Assembly: GCA_965249485.1 (NCBI GenBank)
Contig: OZ252239.1
Coordinates: forward strand, 512,001 to 576,000
From: a bacterium
Lineage (GTDB): Bacteria; SM23-31
Length of the DNA stretch: 64,000 bases
Reading direction: 5' to 3'
Shown here in pieces: positions 41,974 to 53,082 of this stretch. The position numbers and the translations under genes were made by a program. Numbering within the stretch: position 1 is the stretch's first letter; every line of letters begins with the position of its first letter. Under the pieces are notes generated by a model, which saw nothing but the letters and a program-made list of their open reading frames with translations, searched no databases and was not told the DNA's origin.

Positions 41974-43404
41974 TTAGTAGGATTTTGCAATTACAACCCG
42001 TTTATCGGATTTACCGTTACACCGAATACATTTTCCATTTTCGTTAACTGCATCATTGGGAATGATCCGTATGGTGGCTTTCGTTTCATTCTGAATTGCC
42101 GTTTCACAATCGGATGAACCGCACCAGTGGAGCGACAAAAACCCTCCCTCCTTATCATTCATGTCCTTAAATTCGTTATAGTCATCTAACGTAAAAGTGT
42201 TTTCATCGCGGAATTTAAGTGCCCGGTCGTACATGTCATTCTGAATAGTATCAAGAATTTTAGCAGCTTTATCGACCATATTATTCCAGCTTACGGAAAT
42301 TTTTTCGCCGGTATCACGCCTTACAAACATGACACTTTCTTTCTCGATATCTTTCGGACCAAGCTCCAACCTGAGCGGAATACCTTTTAATTCCCATTCA
42401 TTGAATTTCCAACCGGGGCTGTACTGTTCGCGGTCATCTAATTTAACTGATATTCGTGTTTTCAATTCACGGTTCAGCCGGTCTGCAACTTCAAGAATTT
42501 TCGGGCGTTCATCGTCACTCGGCCAGATTGGTACGAGAACAGCCGGGTTCGAGGCAAGTTTTGGTGGTATACAGAGGCCACTGTCGTCGCCGTGCACCAT
42601 GATGAGTGCACCTATGAGCCGCGTACTGACTCCCCAGCTTGTTAGCCACGTATAGTCCATTGCGCCATCTTTGTTCTGAAACTTGACATCGAACACTTTA
42701 GAAAAATTCTGGCCGAGATTATGCGTTGTCCCCGCCTGCAGAGCTTTTTTATCACCCATCATCGATTCAACAGCAAACGTTCGTAATGCTCCGGCAAATT
42801 TTTCATTTTCGGTTTTTTGTCCTTTGAGTACTGGGACTGCCATATAATTTTCAAGAAAATCTGCATAGATGTCGAGAATTGTTAGCGCTTCTTCTTCGGC
42901 TTCGTCATGGGTCGCATGGGCGGTGTGCCCTTCCTGCCAGAGGAATTCCGTTGTCCGAAGGAACAGACGTGTTCTCATTTCCCACCGGACAACATTTGCC
43001 CATTGATTTATCAGCAAAGGAAGATCACGGTAGGAGTTGATCCATTTTGCAAACATAGCGTATATTATTGTTTCAGAAGTCGGACGGATGTAGAGATTTT
43101 CGTCTAGTTTCTGACCTCCGCCGTGCGTGACAACTGCGCACTCCGGGGCGAATCCTTCGACATGTGCTGCTTCTCTTTTCATGTAACTTTCCGGAATAAA
43201 GAGCGGGAAATATGCATTTTGATGCCCTGTTTCTTTGAATTTCCTATCAAGCACCGCTTTGAAGTTTTCCCACAGCGCATACCCGTTCGGCCGTATAACC
43301 ATACATCCCTTTACAGGAGAGTAATCAGCAAATTCACCCTGAAGTATTACATCGGTATACCATTTAGAATAGTCGTCAGATCGTTTCGTAAGCCTTTTCT
43401 TCAT
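41974..43404 (-). CDS. proS: Proline--tRNA ligase, archaeal/eukaryotic type
   Basis: RPTSET, QWANVVRWE, FLRTTEFLWQEGHT, TSWGVSTRLIGA, C-terminal KSY with Cys ligands. Confidence 0.98.
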   Translation of the reverse strand: MKKRLTKRSDDYSKWYTDVILQGEFADYSPVKGCMVIRPNGYALWENFKAVLDRKFKETGHQNAYFPLFIPESYMKREAAHVEGFAPECAVVTHGGGQKLDENLYIRPTSETIIYAMFAKWINSYRDLPLLINQWANVVRWEMRTRLFLRTTEFLWQEGHTAHATHDEAEEEALTILDIYADFLENYMAVPVLKGQKTENEKFAGALRTFAVESMMGDKKALQAGTTHNLGQNFSKVFDVKFQNKDGAMDYTWLTSWGVSTRLIGALIMVHGDDSGLCIPPKLASNPAVLVPIWPSDDERPKILEVADRLNRELKTRISVKLDDREQYSPGWKFNEWELKGIPLRLELGPKDIEKESVMFVRRDTGEKISVSWNNMVDKAAKILDTIQNDMYDRALKFRDENTFTLDDYNEFKDMNDKEGGFLSLHWCGSSDCETAIQNETKATIRIIPNDAVNENGKCIRCNGKSDKRVVIAKSY

Positions 43405-43446
43405 ATGCGTAGTTTCAACCTCTAATCAATATCCGGAACAGTTCTC

Positions 43447-44076
43447 TTATAAATCTTTGATAAATCCAATTCGAATATCAAGCCCTTTAAATTCTTGTTT
43501 TTCTCCTAATGTATCAGGGAATCGGTAAAAGTGAAATCCAAGTGTCACTGAGAATTTCTGAATTTCCTGCTGGCCGAATTCGACTCCAAATCCTGTAAAT
43601 CCGCCAAGACTCACCTGTCCCTTTCCCTTCTTCGTGCCACTGAAAAAACCGTTGGTCGTATTGAATGCATAGCCCCAGACCGGGCCGGCGTCCACCTCAA
43701 TAAACGGCCGGAAGTTCGGCGCAATTTTATCGCGGAACAAGCGCCGCTTTATAGAGATGGTAAGGGGTACTACCGTTGTAAAAAATCTTCTATTTGTTAT
43801 AATGTTGCCAGTAAAAGGATCGATAAATCTAAATTCATCCTCACCCCGGACACCGTTAAAGGAAAAACTGTAGCCGATCTGTGTGTCCTGATTATAGGCG
43901 TTATACAACATTTTAAGTCCGAGTCCGGCACCTTCTGTCGAAAAATTGACAAACACGACAGCATTTTTCTCACGTTTGGTTCTTTCTATAGAACTTTTTG
44001 AAGTATCTTGAGCTATAACCGGAAATGCAACTAATACGATAAGTAAAACTGTGAATACTTTAGTATACTTTTTCAC
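43447..44076 (-). CDS. Hypothetical outer-membrane beta-barrel-like protein
   Basis: Signal peptide (VIA-Q), alternating Gly/aromatic strands, FRPFIEVDAG, C-terminal LDIRIGF. Confidence 0.6.
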   Translation of the reverse strand: MKKYTKVFTVLLIVLVAFPVIAQDTSKSSIERTKREKNAVVFVNFSTEGAGLGLKMLYNAYNQDTQIGYSFSFNGVRGEDEFRFIDPFTGNIITNRRFFTTVVPLTISIKRRLFRDKIAPNFRPFIEVDAGPVWGYAFNTTNGFFSGTKKGKGQVSLGGFTGFGVEFGQQEIQKFSVTLGFHFYRFPDTLGEKQEFKGLDIRIGFIKDL

Positions 44077-44538
44077 ACAATTGCCTTTTGTTTATGGATT
44101 ATTTTTTATCGGTATTACATGAATGAAAAGCATTAAAGTTTAATAAAATATTTCCTGAAATGCAATACATTTGCTGTTGTGTATCGAGTGTGTCAAAGGT
44201 GATTTATCAACTTCATGTATCCTCCATTTTTGAATGATGAAAGACTCCGGAAAATCTAAATGAGCCGTAACTATGCTCTTAAATATAGCCTCAAAATAAT
44301 TGTTGCTTATTCCAGGGGCATGTCTATTTTTTTGCAATTCCAAATGACAACAATGTCACATTAAAAATAATATTCTAAATTATTTTCACTCTCCACTTGT
44401 GAGCATCTGATAAATTCTTTATTTTAACATTCGTTGATCACAAGCCTTATCACCGAATCTTTGTATGTCTCTCTCATTTACAGTTCGGGAAACAGGTTTA
44501 TTCATTGCAATCATATCAACACTGAGATAGCCAAAACT

Positions 44539-47064
44539 ATGTCGTTACCGAATATAAACAAATTCCTCTCAGCCGGAGTTCAAAAAAAAGTCAGAAAGGA
44601 AATTGCCGATAATAATGGTAATGAAGTCTTTTTCCAAGGTAAGGTTAACGATTCAGGAAAGGTTTCTTCAATATCAGCGCTTGCGTGGGGCAATGAGACA
44701 AGCACGCCCGCTCTGCTGAACAACCTTGTTCCCCGGGATGTCGTCATCCACAATCATCCATCTGGAAATTTAACACCGTCTGAAGCAGATGTACAAATCG
44801 CTTCGATTGTCGGCAATCAGGGCGTTGGTTTTTATATTCTCGATAATGAGGTGACCAATTTGAAGGTTGTTGTCGAGATTTACACAATTCCTGAACATAC
44901 TCTGCTCGATGGTCAGGAAATCGTCCGGTTTCTCGACGAGAATTCACCGGTTGCCCAGAAACTTTCCGGATATGAACCCCGAATGAGCCAGATCGATATG
45001 GCGGTGTTGGTGGCAGAGAGTTTAAATTCAGGTAAAATTACCCAGATAGAAGCAGGGACCGGGACAGGAAAAACGCTCGCATATCTTGTGCCGGCGATCA
45101 AATGGGCGCTCCGGAATAACGAGCGTATTGTGGTATCGACCAATACGATAAATCTACAGGAACAGATTGTCCACAAGGACATCCCATTTCTCTCATCTGT
45201 TTTTGACGAAAAATTCACTTATTCCCTGGTAAAAGGACGAGGTAACTACTGCTGCCTCAGGAGAACTGACTCCGAAGAGAGAGACCTGGGGCTGCTGAAG
45301 GATGATGAAAGTATCGGAGAGTTGAAAACACTGCTCTCCTGGTCGAAAACCACGAAGGACGGAAGCTTATCGGATCTGAATTTTGTACCGAAGTATGATG
45401 TATGGGATAGGCTGAAGTGTGAAAGCGATACGTGCACTGGTGTCCGGTGCGCATTTTATGAAGATTGTTTTTTGGTCAATGCAAGACGCAGGGCAGCACA
45501 GGCGGATATTCTAATTGTAAATCACCATCTTTTATTTGCCGATCTTTCGCTTCGGGGTAAGCTAGGTTCACTTGCAGATGTGGCAGTTCTTCCTCCGTAT
45601 AACCGGGTCATCATCGATGAAGCCCACCATATTGAGGAGGCTTCGACCAACTACTTCGGCAGACAAGTATCGGAGTTCGGCATCAAACGACTCTTCGGGA
45701 GACTGGTATCACGGTCTAAAAAGGGTGAACGCAAAGGGCTTTTGTTTTCTGTTCTGAAAAAAATCCGTACAGCACAATCAAAATCTCAACAGCAGCGTAT
45801 CCGGCAGGTACTCTCTTTTATCGAGGACGATCTGATTACTGATATTAACGAGCTTACTGCAACAGGTGAAGATATATTTTTCGATATAGGCGCCTTTATC
45901 GAACAGATCGATAACAGGAGTAATGGAGAATCGCAATTTATGCTCGATGAGCGGTTTCACGATTTACCTGACTGGACAGATCTACTCCTCGTAAAGTTCA
46001 TGGGTCTGATGGCCGGAATGCGCACTATGAAGAACAAGCTTGCAGAACTGGCACAGTCAATAGACATATTATCTGAATTATTGTCTGTCGATTTGGATAA
46101 TCTCTTGATCGAGTTGCAGGCACAGGCCCGTCGGATCGGCGATGCAGCAGAATCGATCCAATATCTGCTGTTTGAGGAGGATCCATCGGTTGTCAAATGG
46201 ATTGAGAGAAACGGAAAGCAGAAAGCCATCAAAATATGTGCCGCACCGATCGAGGTAGGTGAACCGCTCAGAAATGCCTTATTCGAGCCGTTCGAGACGG
46301 TCATTTTAACGTCTGCAACACTCACCGTCGGAGGACGTTTCGATTTTATGAAATCGAGGCTCGGTATCGATCAACTCGACCGTGACCGTGTCATTGAAGA
46401 GAGTTTTCCATCATCATTTGATTTTAAAAATCAGGTTGTCATCGGTATTCCAGTGAACACTCACTCTCCGGATCATCCGCTATTTCCTGCAGCCCTCAAC
46501 GGCTTGGTAACCGAGTCGCTTCGAACCTCGCAGGGACGGGCATTTGTTCTGTTCACCTCATATTATGCGATGAATGAGGCATATGCTGCGGTCAATGCTG
46601 AAATTGGGACAACTCACTTTACATTGCTCAAGCAGGGTGATGACACACGGCACAATCTTCTTCAGCAGTTTAAAAATGACCACGCAGCCGTGCTCTTTGC
46701 TACCGATTCGTTTTGGGAAGGTGTCGATGTTATGGGTGAGGCGCTTGAATCGATTATCATTGCACGTCTGCCGTTCCGCGTTCCAACTGCTCCGATCGAG
46801 ATAGCGCGGAGAGATTTGATTGACGCATCAGGAGGGAATTCCTTCCTTGAGTATACCGTTCCGACTGCTGTCATTAAATTCAAGCAAGGATTCGGGAGGC
46901 TTATCCGTCATAAAAATGACAGGGGGACTATTCTTATTCTCGATAACAGGGTTGTTACAAAATCATACGGAAAACTTTTTTTGGATTCGTTGCCGGAATG
47001 TAAAATAGTAGCGGACAGAGACGACGTGGTATTTAAGGCTTTTCGTGAGTTTTACGGTGAGTGA
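44539..47064 (+). CDS. DinG/YoaA family Fe-S helicase with an N-terminal RadC-like JAB/MPN domain
   Basis: NEVFF and HNHPSGNLTPSEAD (JAB); EAGTGTGKT, KGRGNYCC, C..DTC....C, DEAH, SATL, FWEGVD, QGFGRLIR. Start placed at ATG 44539. Confidence 0.92.
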   Translation: MSLPNINKFLSAGVQKKVRKEIADNNGNEVFFQGKVNDSGKVSSISALAWGNETSTPALLNNLVPRDVVIHNHPSGNLTPSEADVQIASIVGNQGVGFYILDNEVTNLKVVVEIYTIPEHTLLDGQEIVRFLDENSPVAQKLSGYEPRMSQIDMAVLVAESLNSGKITQIEAGTGTGKTLAYLVPAIKWALRNNERIVVSTNTINLQEQIVHKDIPFLSSVFDEKFTYSLVKGRGNYCCLRRTDSEERDLGLLKDDESIGELKTLLSWSKTTKDGSLSDLNFVPKYDVWDRLKCESDTCTGVRCAFYEDCFLVNARRRAAQADILIVNHHLLFADLSLRGKLGSLADVAVLPPYNRVIIDEAHHIEEASTNYFGRQVSEFGIKRLFGRLVSRSKKGERKGLLFSVLKKIRTAQSKSQQQRIRQVLSFIEDDLITDINELTATGEDIFFDIGAFIEQIDNRSNGESQFMLDERFHDLPDWTDLLLVKFMGLMAGMRTMKNKLAELAQSIDILSELLSVDLDNLLIELQAQARRIGDAAESIQYLLFEEDPSVVKWIERNGKQKAIKICAAPIEVGEPLRNALFEPFETVILTSATLTVGGRFDFMKSRLGIDQLDRDRVIEESFPSSFDFKNQVVIGIPVNTHSPDHPLFPAALNGLVTESLRTSQGRAFVLFTSYYAMNEAYAAVNAEIGTTHFTLLKQGDDTRHNLLQQFKNDHAAVLFATDSFWEGVDVMGEALESIIIARLPFRVPTAPIEIARRDLIDASGGNSFLEYTVPTAVIKFKQGFGRLIRHKNDRGTILILDNRVVTKSYGKLFLDSLPECKIVADRDDVVFKAFREFYGE

Positions 47065-47264
47065 AGACCATGAACTTTCTCTTCAAAGTAAGCTCATTAT
47101 TAAATAGTAACTCCGAAATTAAGAATCCCTTCATTAGACGGTGAATCCCACATTGACAATTGTGTGCTTTTGTTAATTACAACACACTTTAACGGGACAT
47201 TAGTATTGTTCCAGGCAATACATCTACACACCAAGAATAATTAAAAACCAAAAATACAGATCCA

Positions 47265-48398
47265 TTACACAACCAGTGCATTAAGAATTGCTTCTAATCC
47301 GGTCACAACCCGTTCTTCACGTGGGCGCATGTCGGGTGTGAAGCGTGTACCGAGCAGGTGTTGAATTCCTTCGATGTACCGGACAGCAATCTGCAACCGC
47401 TGGTCATCTGTGTAGCCCTTGTCACCCTCGGAAAATCCTCGTGCAAATTCTTTTGAGTACGATATCGGTGCAAGTTCTTCAATTGCGCCACTCTGACGTT
47501 TTTCAAGTTGTGAATTGTAGTCTTCCATGAGCCAGAAACGGGAGGAATCCATCGTGAATATTTCATCCTGACTCTTAATAGAACCGTCTACACTACAGCC
47601 ATGTTCAAGTTTTGTATCGACAAGAATAATACCACGCTGCCGGAGAAACTCTGAGCAAATCCCAAAAGCGACCAATGATCCGTTTCTGATTTCGTCATAC
47701 TCATACTGATTGCAAATCGAACGTTTTATGAGTTCCTGGGATGAAATTGATTCATCGACTTCTGCTTTTGTGGAAGGAGTATCCATAACATAGGGGAGCG
47801 GACCATTCGGGATCAGATCATCGGGCAGTTTGTGCCCGCAAAACTCTCTGTCACCCCGGATATAGTGCTGATAAAGCGAGGTTGACGTGGAACTCTTTGC
47901 ATTATACGCTCGCATCACATTTTCGAACATTATTGAGGTGAGATTTTCTGCAACAATGACAATTGTATTGTCAGCGAGACCCGGTACCTCAAACTGCGAT
48001 GTACCAAGAGCCCAGGTAACAAGCTTTCTCATAAAATTGTGGTTTAGGGCAAGAATCTGATCCTTAAATGGAATTTCTCCCCGTGAAATGTCGTGGGTAG
48101 AAATTCGCGCAGTTCTGATCATGATCCGCAGAGGAACACCTTCTTTGGTCTGCAGCGGCGGATTTTCAAATGAAACCATCTCGCCTGACTTCTTATCCCG
48201 AAAATTACCAATTCCGCCGAAAATCGAATCAGACACCTTACCTGGCTGCACAGTGTATCCTTTGAGCCTTGAAATCACTTCAGAATCGATGAGTTCCTGT
48301 GTTGATGAGATCGTTTCATTGAGACCAATATACTTTTTTACAAGCTCCTGTGCTTGGTCACTGTCCAGAATACTGTCGGACCCACCTGTATGCGCCAT
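47265..48398 (-). CDS. purC: SAICAR synthetase, long form
   Basis: RISTHD...IPFK, FENVMRAY, TPSTKA, GIILVDTKLE.G, DEIFT.DSSRFW, SKEFAR. Confidence 0.88.
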   Translation of the reverse strand: MAHTGGSDSILDSDQAQELVKKYIGLNETISSTQELIDSEVISRLKGYTVQPGKVSDSIFGGIGNFRDKKSGEMVSFENPPLQTKEGVPLRIMIRTARISTHDISRGEIPFKDQILALNHNFMRKLVTWALGTSQFEVPGLADNTIVIVAENLTSIMFENVMRAYNAKSSTSTSLYQHYIRGDREFCGHKLPDDLIPNGPLPYVMDTPSTKAEVDESISSQELIKRSICNQYEYDEIRNGSLVAFGICSEFLRQRGIILVDTKLEHGCSVDGSIKSQDEIFTMDSSRFWLMEDYNSQLEKRQSGAIEELAPISYSKEFARGFSEGDKGYTDDQRLQIAVRYIEGIQHLLGTRFTPDMRPREERVVTGLEAILNALVV

Positions 48399-48693
48399 TA
48401 TTCCTCCTACCGGATATTTTTATTTGATGCTTTTCAGAACGTATAATGTACAATTATTTCATGTCATTGTGTACTAAATATATAATAAAAATATTTAATT
48501 ATTGAAATCTAACTTACTACTGATTGAATGATTATATAATATTTATTGCAGCATTAAGTCTGTAGCCGTAACGGCGGGCATTCTCCAATACATGAGCAGC
48601 TCTTCTCTCAAAAATGGTAAATAAAAAAGAAAATGAAAACTATCAAGTAAAAAATTAATCAGTGGGGTATTTAATGGATGATTGGGGTGGTGA

Positions 48694-49992
48694 TTACTGT
48701 TCGGAATCTTCGACTGGTTCTACCGGTGGTTCAATGTGAACGATCACCTCTGTAATGCGTCGCTCTTTTATTTTATTGACTGTAAAACGGAGTCTGTCGA
48801 CAATCAACTTTTCACCTTTATGCGGAATATGACCGAGATGATAGAGCACGAGACCAGAAACTGTATCGTACGCTTCGTTCTCTTCGATTTGAATTTCGAG
48901 CATTTCGTTTATTTCGTTTATATTGAGTTTTGCTGACACTCTATAGGTGTTTTCACTCAATTGAACAACAGGATATTCCGGCTTATCGGTCTCATCATAT
49001 ATCTCACCGACAAGCTCTTCCAATACGTCCTCAAATGTTACAAGCCCCGCGATACCTCCATGTTCATCCACGACAAGCGCCATATGGTTTTTCTGCTTTT
49101 TGAATTGCCGCAGCAGGGCATCGATCATCATGTTTTCAGGCACAAACAGAGCAGGCTGCATTATCGATTTTATCTTTTTCTGGTCCAGATTCTGCAAACC
49201 GGAAAAGAGGATATCTTTCCTCAAAACCACACCGCTAATTTTATCGATGTTCTCTTCGTAGACCGGAATTCTGGAAAACACTACGTTGTCAAGTTTGTTG
49301 AACGCTTCGAGCGCTTCTTTAACGGTTATACTACCATCGAGTGTGAACATGTCAAGACGCGGTGTCATAACTTCAGAAACTTCAGTATTGTCAAGTTCGA
49401 AGACATTGTTGATTAAAACCTTTTCTTCCTGTTTGATTGCTCCTTCTTCTTCACCAAGCTTTACCATTGTGATCACTTCATCTTCCGTAACAAGAGGATA
49501 TTTCTTCAGGTAGGTGTCGCCAGTGGTATATTTCATCAACAGCAGCAACAATTTGGTGAATGGTGAAAAAATGAACTGAAAAAACGTTACGACAGGTGCA
49601 AGAAACTGCGCGACCGGAATAGCATGATGGACGCAAAACGATTTCGGGTAAATTTCACCGAAAATGAGTATGAGGATAGTCATGATTCCGGTTGCGATTC
49701 CGGCACCATAACCAAGCGCATCACCGATCTGCATCCGCTGGAGAAGTTCAATTGTAACTGTTGTAGCAAGCGCAGCGGCACCGATATTGGCGAGGTTGTT
49801 ACCAATAAGTACGGTAATTAAGAGTTTATTTGGATTGGATTTCAGTTTTTCGAGGAGCCGGGCATTCCGTTTTTTTTGCTCAACTAAATGTCGGACTTTC
49901 AGACGGGAAATAGACATAAAGGCTATTTCCGCACCCGAGAAAAAAGCCGAAAAAAAGATAAGAATTATGAGAAGAGTGATCGGAAGCGTCAA
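48694..49992 (-). CDS. CNNM/CorB (hemolysin-like) protein with DUF21, two CBS and CorC_HlyC domains
   Basis: SAFFSGAEIA, LIGNNLANI, FGEIYPK, VMTPR, SRIPVY, VVDEHGG..GLVTFED.LEELVGEI.DE. Confidence 0.93.
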   Translation of the reverse strand: MTLPITLLIILIFFSAFFSGAEIAFMSISRLKVRHLVEQKKRNARLLEKLKSNPNKLLITVLIGNNLANIGAAALATTVTIELLQRMQIGDALGYGAGIATGIMTILILIFGEIYPKSFCVHHAIPVAQFLAPVVTFFQFIFSPFTKLLLLLMKYTTGDTYLKKYPLVTEDEVITMVKLGEEEGAIKQEEKVLINNVFELDNTEVSEVMTPRLDMFTLDGSITVKEALEAFNKLDNVVFSRIPVYEENIDKISGVVLRKDILFSGLQNLDQKKIKSIMQPALFVPENMMIDALLRQFKKQKNHMALVVDEHGGIAGLVTFEDVLEELVGEIYDETDKPEYPVVQLSENTYRVSAKLNINEINEMLEIQIEENEAYDTVSGLVLYHLGHIPHKGEKLIVDRLRFTVNKIKERRITEVIVHIEPPVEPVEDSEQ

Positions 49993-50423
49993 CTGTTATC
50001 TCCCATTATAGCAACTACACACCGGTTCCATAGTTCGGAGATATCTTCTGCTGCCGAAGATGAATCTGTATCCATAAGTTTTATTAAACACATTTGTCAG
50101 AAAAAGATATAAAGATTTTATACACCTGTCAAGCAAATTTTGCATTTGGTCCTGTAAGGTTGATTTTCATGTTTCATTTTCCTATATTTATTTATACTAT
50201 TCAACAGTCACTGATCTGGATATTTTATATCGAATTGATTCTTGATCTGACTAGCGGATATCCGGTATGTGCAGATGTGTTCGATTCCTCGCAATGATAG
50301 TATGTGTACCAAAAATAAAAGAAGTATTTAATATGTTAATGCAGAATCCTCATATGCTTATTGGAAAATCGCTTTAAAATAACTGATCGTCTCTAATTTA
50401 ACACTTTACAAGCGGAGAACACG

Positions 50424-52172
50424 TTGGGATCTTTTTACGGACATTTTGTTTTTATGCTTCATGCACATATTCCCTATGTTGTTTCACATGGCAAATGGCC
50501 GCATGGAACAGACTGCCTGGCAGAGGCGGCCGCTGAGACCTATCTGCCGCTTCTGAATACGCTGAATGAGCTTGAGAATGAAGGCATTTCACCACGATTA
50601 ACGATCGGTATAACGCCGATTCTCGCCGAACAACTCGCAGATCCGGTTTTTCAAAACGAATTGTCCCATTATTTCGAAATAAAAATTAAGGCTGCGGAAG
50701 AAGATTCCGCGTATTTCCTTGAAACGGGTGAAAACCATTTGAAGCGGCTTGCGGATGATTGGATTGCTTTTTATGTTCAACAGCGTGAGACATTTGAACA
50801 AGCATATGCGAAAAACATCCTGAATGGATTTCGGGATTATCTCGATAAGGGATTTCTCGAAATTATCACCTGCGGAGCAACCCATGGTTATTTTCCACTA
50901 ATCGGTGATGACGCGTGTATAAATCTTCAGGTAAAAACTGCAGTTGAAACACATAAAAAACATTTCGGCAAACTGCCGCGCCGGATATGGATGCCCGAAT
51001 GTGCTTACCGGCCGGGCTATTCGTGGAAACGACCTGTGTCAGACGGATACAGTGAAGAAGCGTTTGTTCGTCACGGTGTGGAAGAGTTCCTGCTTGAACA
51101 CGGTATCGAATACACTTTTATCGATTCTCATATGCTCAAGGGCGGTGAGGCAATCGGTGTCTATGCCGACAGGTTCGAGGGGCTCCGGATGCTTTTGCAG
51201 CAGCTCGAAAAAGAACACCGGTATGAAGAAATTAAGGACCTGTCCCCACATGAACTATACTCGGTCCGCTCATCCCGAAGCCCTGACCGAAGCCTGACGC
51301 TTTTTACCCATGATCCGAGGACCGGGATCCAGGTGTGGTCGGGAGAGCACGGTTATCCCGGTGACGGGTGGTATCTCGATTTTCATAAAAAACGGTTCCC
51401 GGGCGGTCTCCGTTACTGGAAAGTGACTTCCTCTCAATCTGGAATGGGTGACAAAGAAGTTTATAATCCTGATGAGATCGAGAAGCGGCTTGACGAGAAT
51501 GCGTCACATTTTGTCAAACTTATTCATCGGGAGCTTGAGGAATACCACAATTCGACAGGAAACGCCGGTGTCCTTACGGCACCGTATGACTGTGAACTTT
51601 TCGGCCACTGGTGGTTTGATGGATGCCGCTTTATTAAAAAAGTGTTCCATAAATTTCAAGGATCATCGATCGTAACGCCGGCTACGGCAGGGCAGGCGTT
51701 AGAAGCGTATCCTCCACGGCTTACTATCACGATCCAGGAAGGATCGTGGGGTGAGGACGGATTCCACTACATTTGGCTCAATAAAAACACCGAATGGACC
51801 TGGCGGGATATTTACCGGGATGAACAGGCTGTAATCGAGCTCGTTGAAAAAGCTTCAGGGTCTGACTCAGTTGAGTTGAGGTCGATAGTTACCCAGGCAG
51901 TCAGAGAGCTTCTCCTTGAACATGCGTCGGACTGGCAGTTCCTGATCAGCACGTTTGCTGCGCGGGATTATGCTGAGATGAGGATCGCGCATCACCACTC
52001 ATCGGTTCTGCAATTGGTATCGATTGCAAACAGGTTCATCGAAAACGGCAGCCTGAATGATGAAGAGAAATTTTATTTGAATGAACTGAAAGAACAGGAC
52101 CATCCATTCGGCCACTTGCAGCTTGAGTGGTGCAAGAATCTACCGGACAAACAATCTGCCGAATCGTCTTAA
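50424..52172 (+). CDS. GH57 family 1,4-alpha-glucan branching enzyme (DUF1957)
   Basis: HAHIPYV, ETYLPLL, ATHGYFPL, WMPECAY, YLDFHK, D.ELFGHWW, SDWQFLI; TTG start. Confidence 0.9.
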   Translation: MGSFYGHFVFMLHAHIPYVVSHGKWPHGTDCLAEAAAETYLPLLNTLNELENEGISPRLTIGITPILAEQLADPVFQNELSHYFEIKIKAAEEDSAYFLETGENHLKRLADDWIAFYVQQRETFEQAYAKNILNGFRDYLDKGFLEIITCGATHGYFPLIGDDACINLQVKTAVETHKKHFGKLPRRIWMPECAYRPGYSWKRPVSDGYSEEAFVRHGVEEFLLEHGIEYTFIDSHMLKGGEAIGVYADRFEGLRMLLQQLEKEHRYEEIKDLSPHELYSVRSSRSPDRSLTLFTHDPRTGIQVWSGEHGYPGDGWYLDFHKKRFPGGLRYWKVTSSQSGMGDKEVYNPDEIEKRLDENASHFVKLIHRELEEYHNSTGNAGVLTAPYDCELFGHWWFDGCRFIKKVFHKFQGSSIVTPATAGQALEAYPPRLTITIQEGSWGEDGFHYIWLNKNTEWTWRDIYRDEQAVIELVEKASGSDSVELRSIVTQAVRELLLEHASDWQFLISTFAARDYAEMRIAHHHSSVLQLVSIANRFIENGSLNDEEKFYLNELKEQDHPFGHLQLEWCKNLPDKQSAESS

Positions 52173-52283
52173 TCAAGTCTTTTTATGACTCTGGAAATGT
52201 CAGAAATTCAAATGGTGTTCTATTGAGTTTTCTCCCTATCATCCCGGAATCAGAGATATCGGTTGAAATAAAATTCTTATTGT

Positions 52284-53010
52284 ATGCATATGAAACAACA
52301 TTATATACATAATAAAACCACCGGAACAGTGAGACAGGTTACTGCTTTATTGACCATTCTGATTCTTGTAATCTGTATGGTTCAGACCGTACAGAGTCAG
52401 AACAGATTTCCCGATAAGCTGTATCCCCGGTTATCGACCTGGTCGGTTGACTGCAGGATTCTGAGCCTGACAGACTAAGCAGTGATTGTTTTGTTTCAGG
52501 GACGTGAAGCACCATCGGAAATACATCGGATATCATTGCTCAAAATCGAATATGAAAACGGCAGGCAGGTTATTTTTAACGAATTCGGACAGATTGCCGC
52601 TGAGGTTACACTCCCACAGCCCGCCGTTGTTGCGGATGTGCTGAATCCAGGTATCATCAAGCTCGAAAGCGGAGAAGAGGTTGTTTTAAACGGTGTTGAT
52701 TTCAGCCTTCCGACCGATTCAATTGGAACTGCGGCACTTTCAGGAAGGTACCCAATATGTACGGAAACTTATTCTGAGCCGTACGGTACAACTCCAGTTC
52801 GATATCCAGCGGCGGGATGAGTTCGGACGCATTCTCGCTTATGTAATTCTGCCGGGTGGGAGTATCCTCAATGCTGAAATCATAAAACGGGGATACTGCC
52901 GGGTGGACAGAGGGAGAATGCTGATCTATCTCGAGGATTTTAAAATGCTCGAAGCCGAGGCACAGCGGGAAAACAGAGGCATATGGAGTATCAACCCTTC
53001 GTATCAGTGA
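52284..53010 (+). pseudogene. Exported staphylococcal-nuclease-like protein, interrupted by an in-frame TAA and a frameshift
   Basis: ORFs 52284-52478 and 52482-52820 share a frame across TAA 52476-78. The SNase C-half (RDEFGRILAYV, NAEIIKRGY, EAEAQRENRGIW) lies in another frame after about 52730. Confidence 0.8.
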
Positions 53011-53082
53011 AAGAATAATGAATTTTATTGTACGTAAATTTGCATGTGTGCCACCACAATGTTATGAGATATACATAGAATT

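Noticed and set aside
44140..44343. 67-aa minus-strand ORF between divergent genes
   Set aside because: TTG start, no RBS or motif, AT-rich divergent promoter region.
50424..52172. GH57 gene as a decaying pseudogene (a few unusual residues such as GTDCL and WWFDG)
   Set aside because: ORF is full length with the catalytic Glu (WMPEC) and Asp (D.ELFGHWW) present; not enough evidence of decay.
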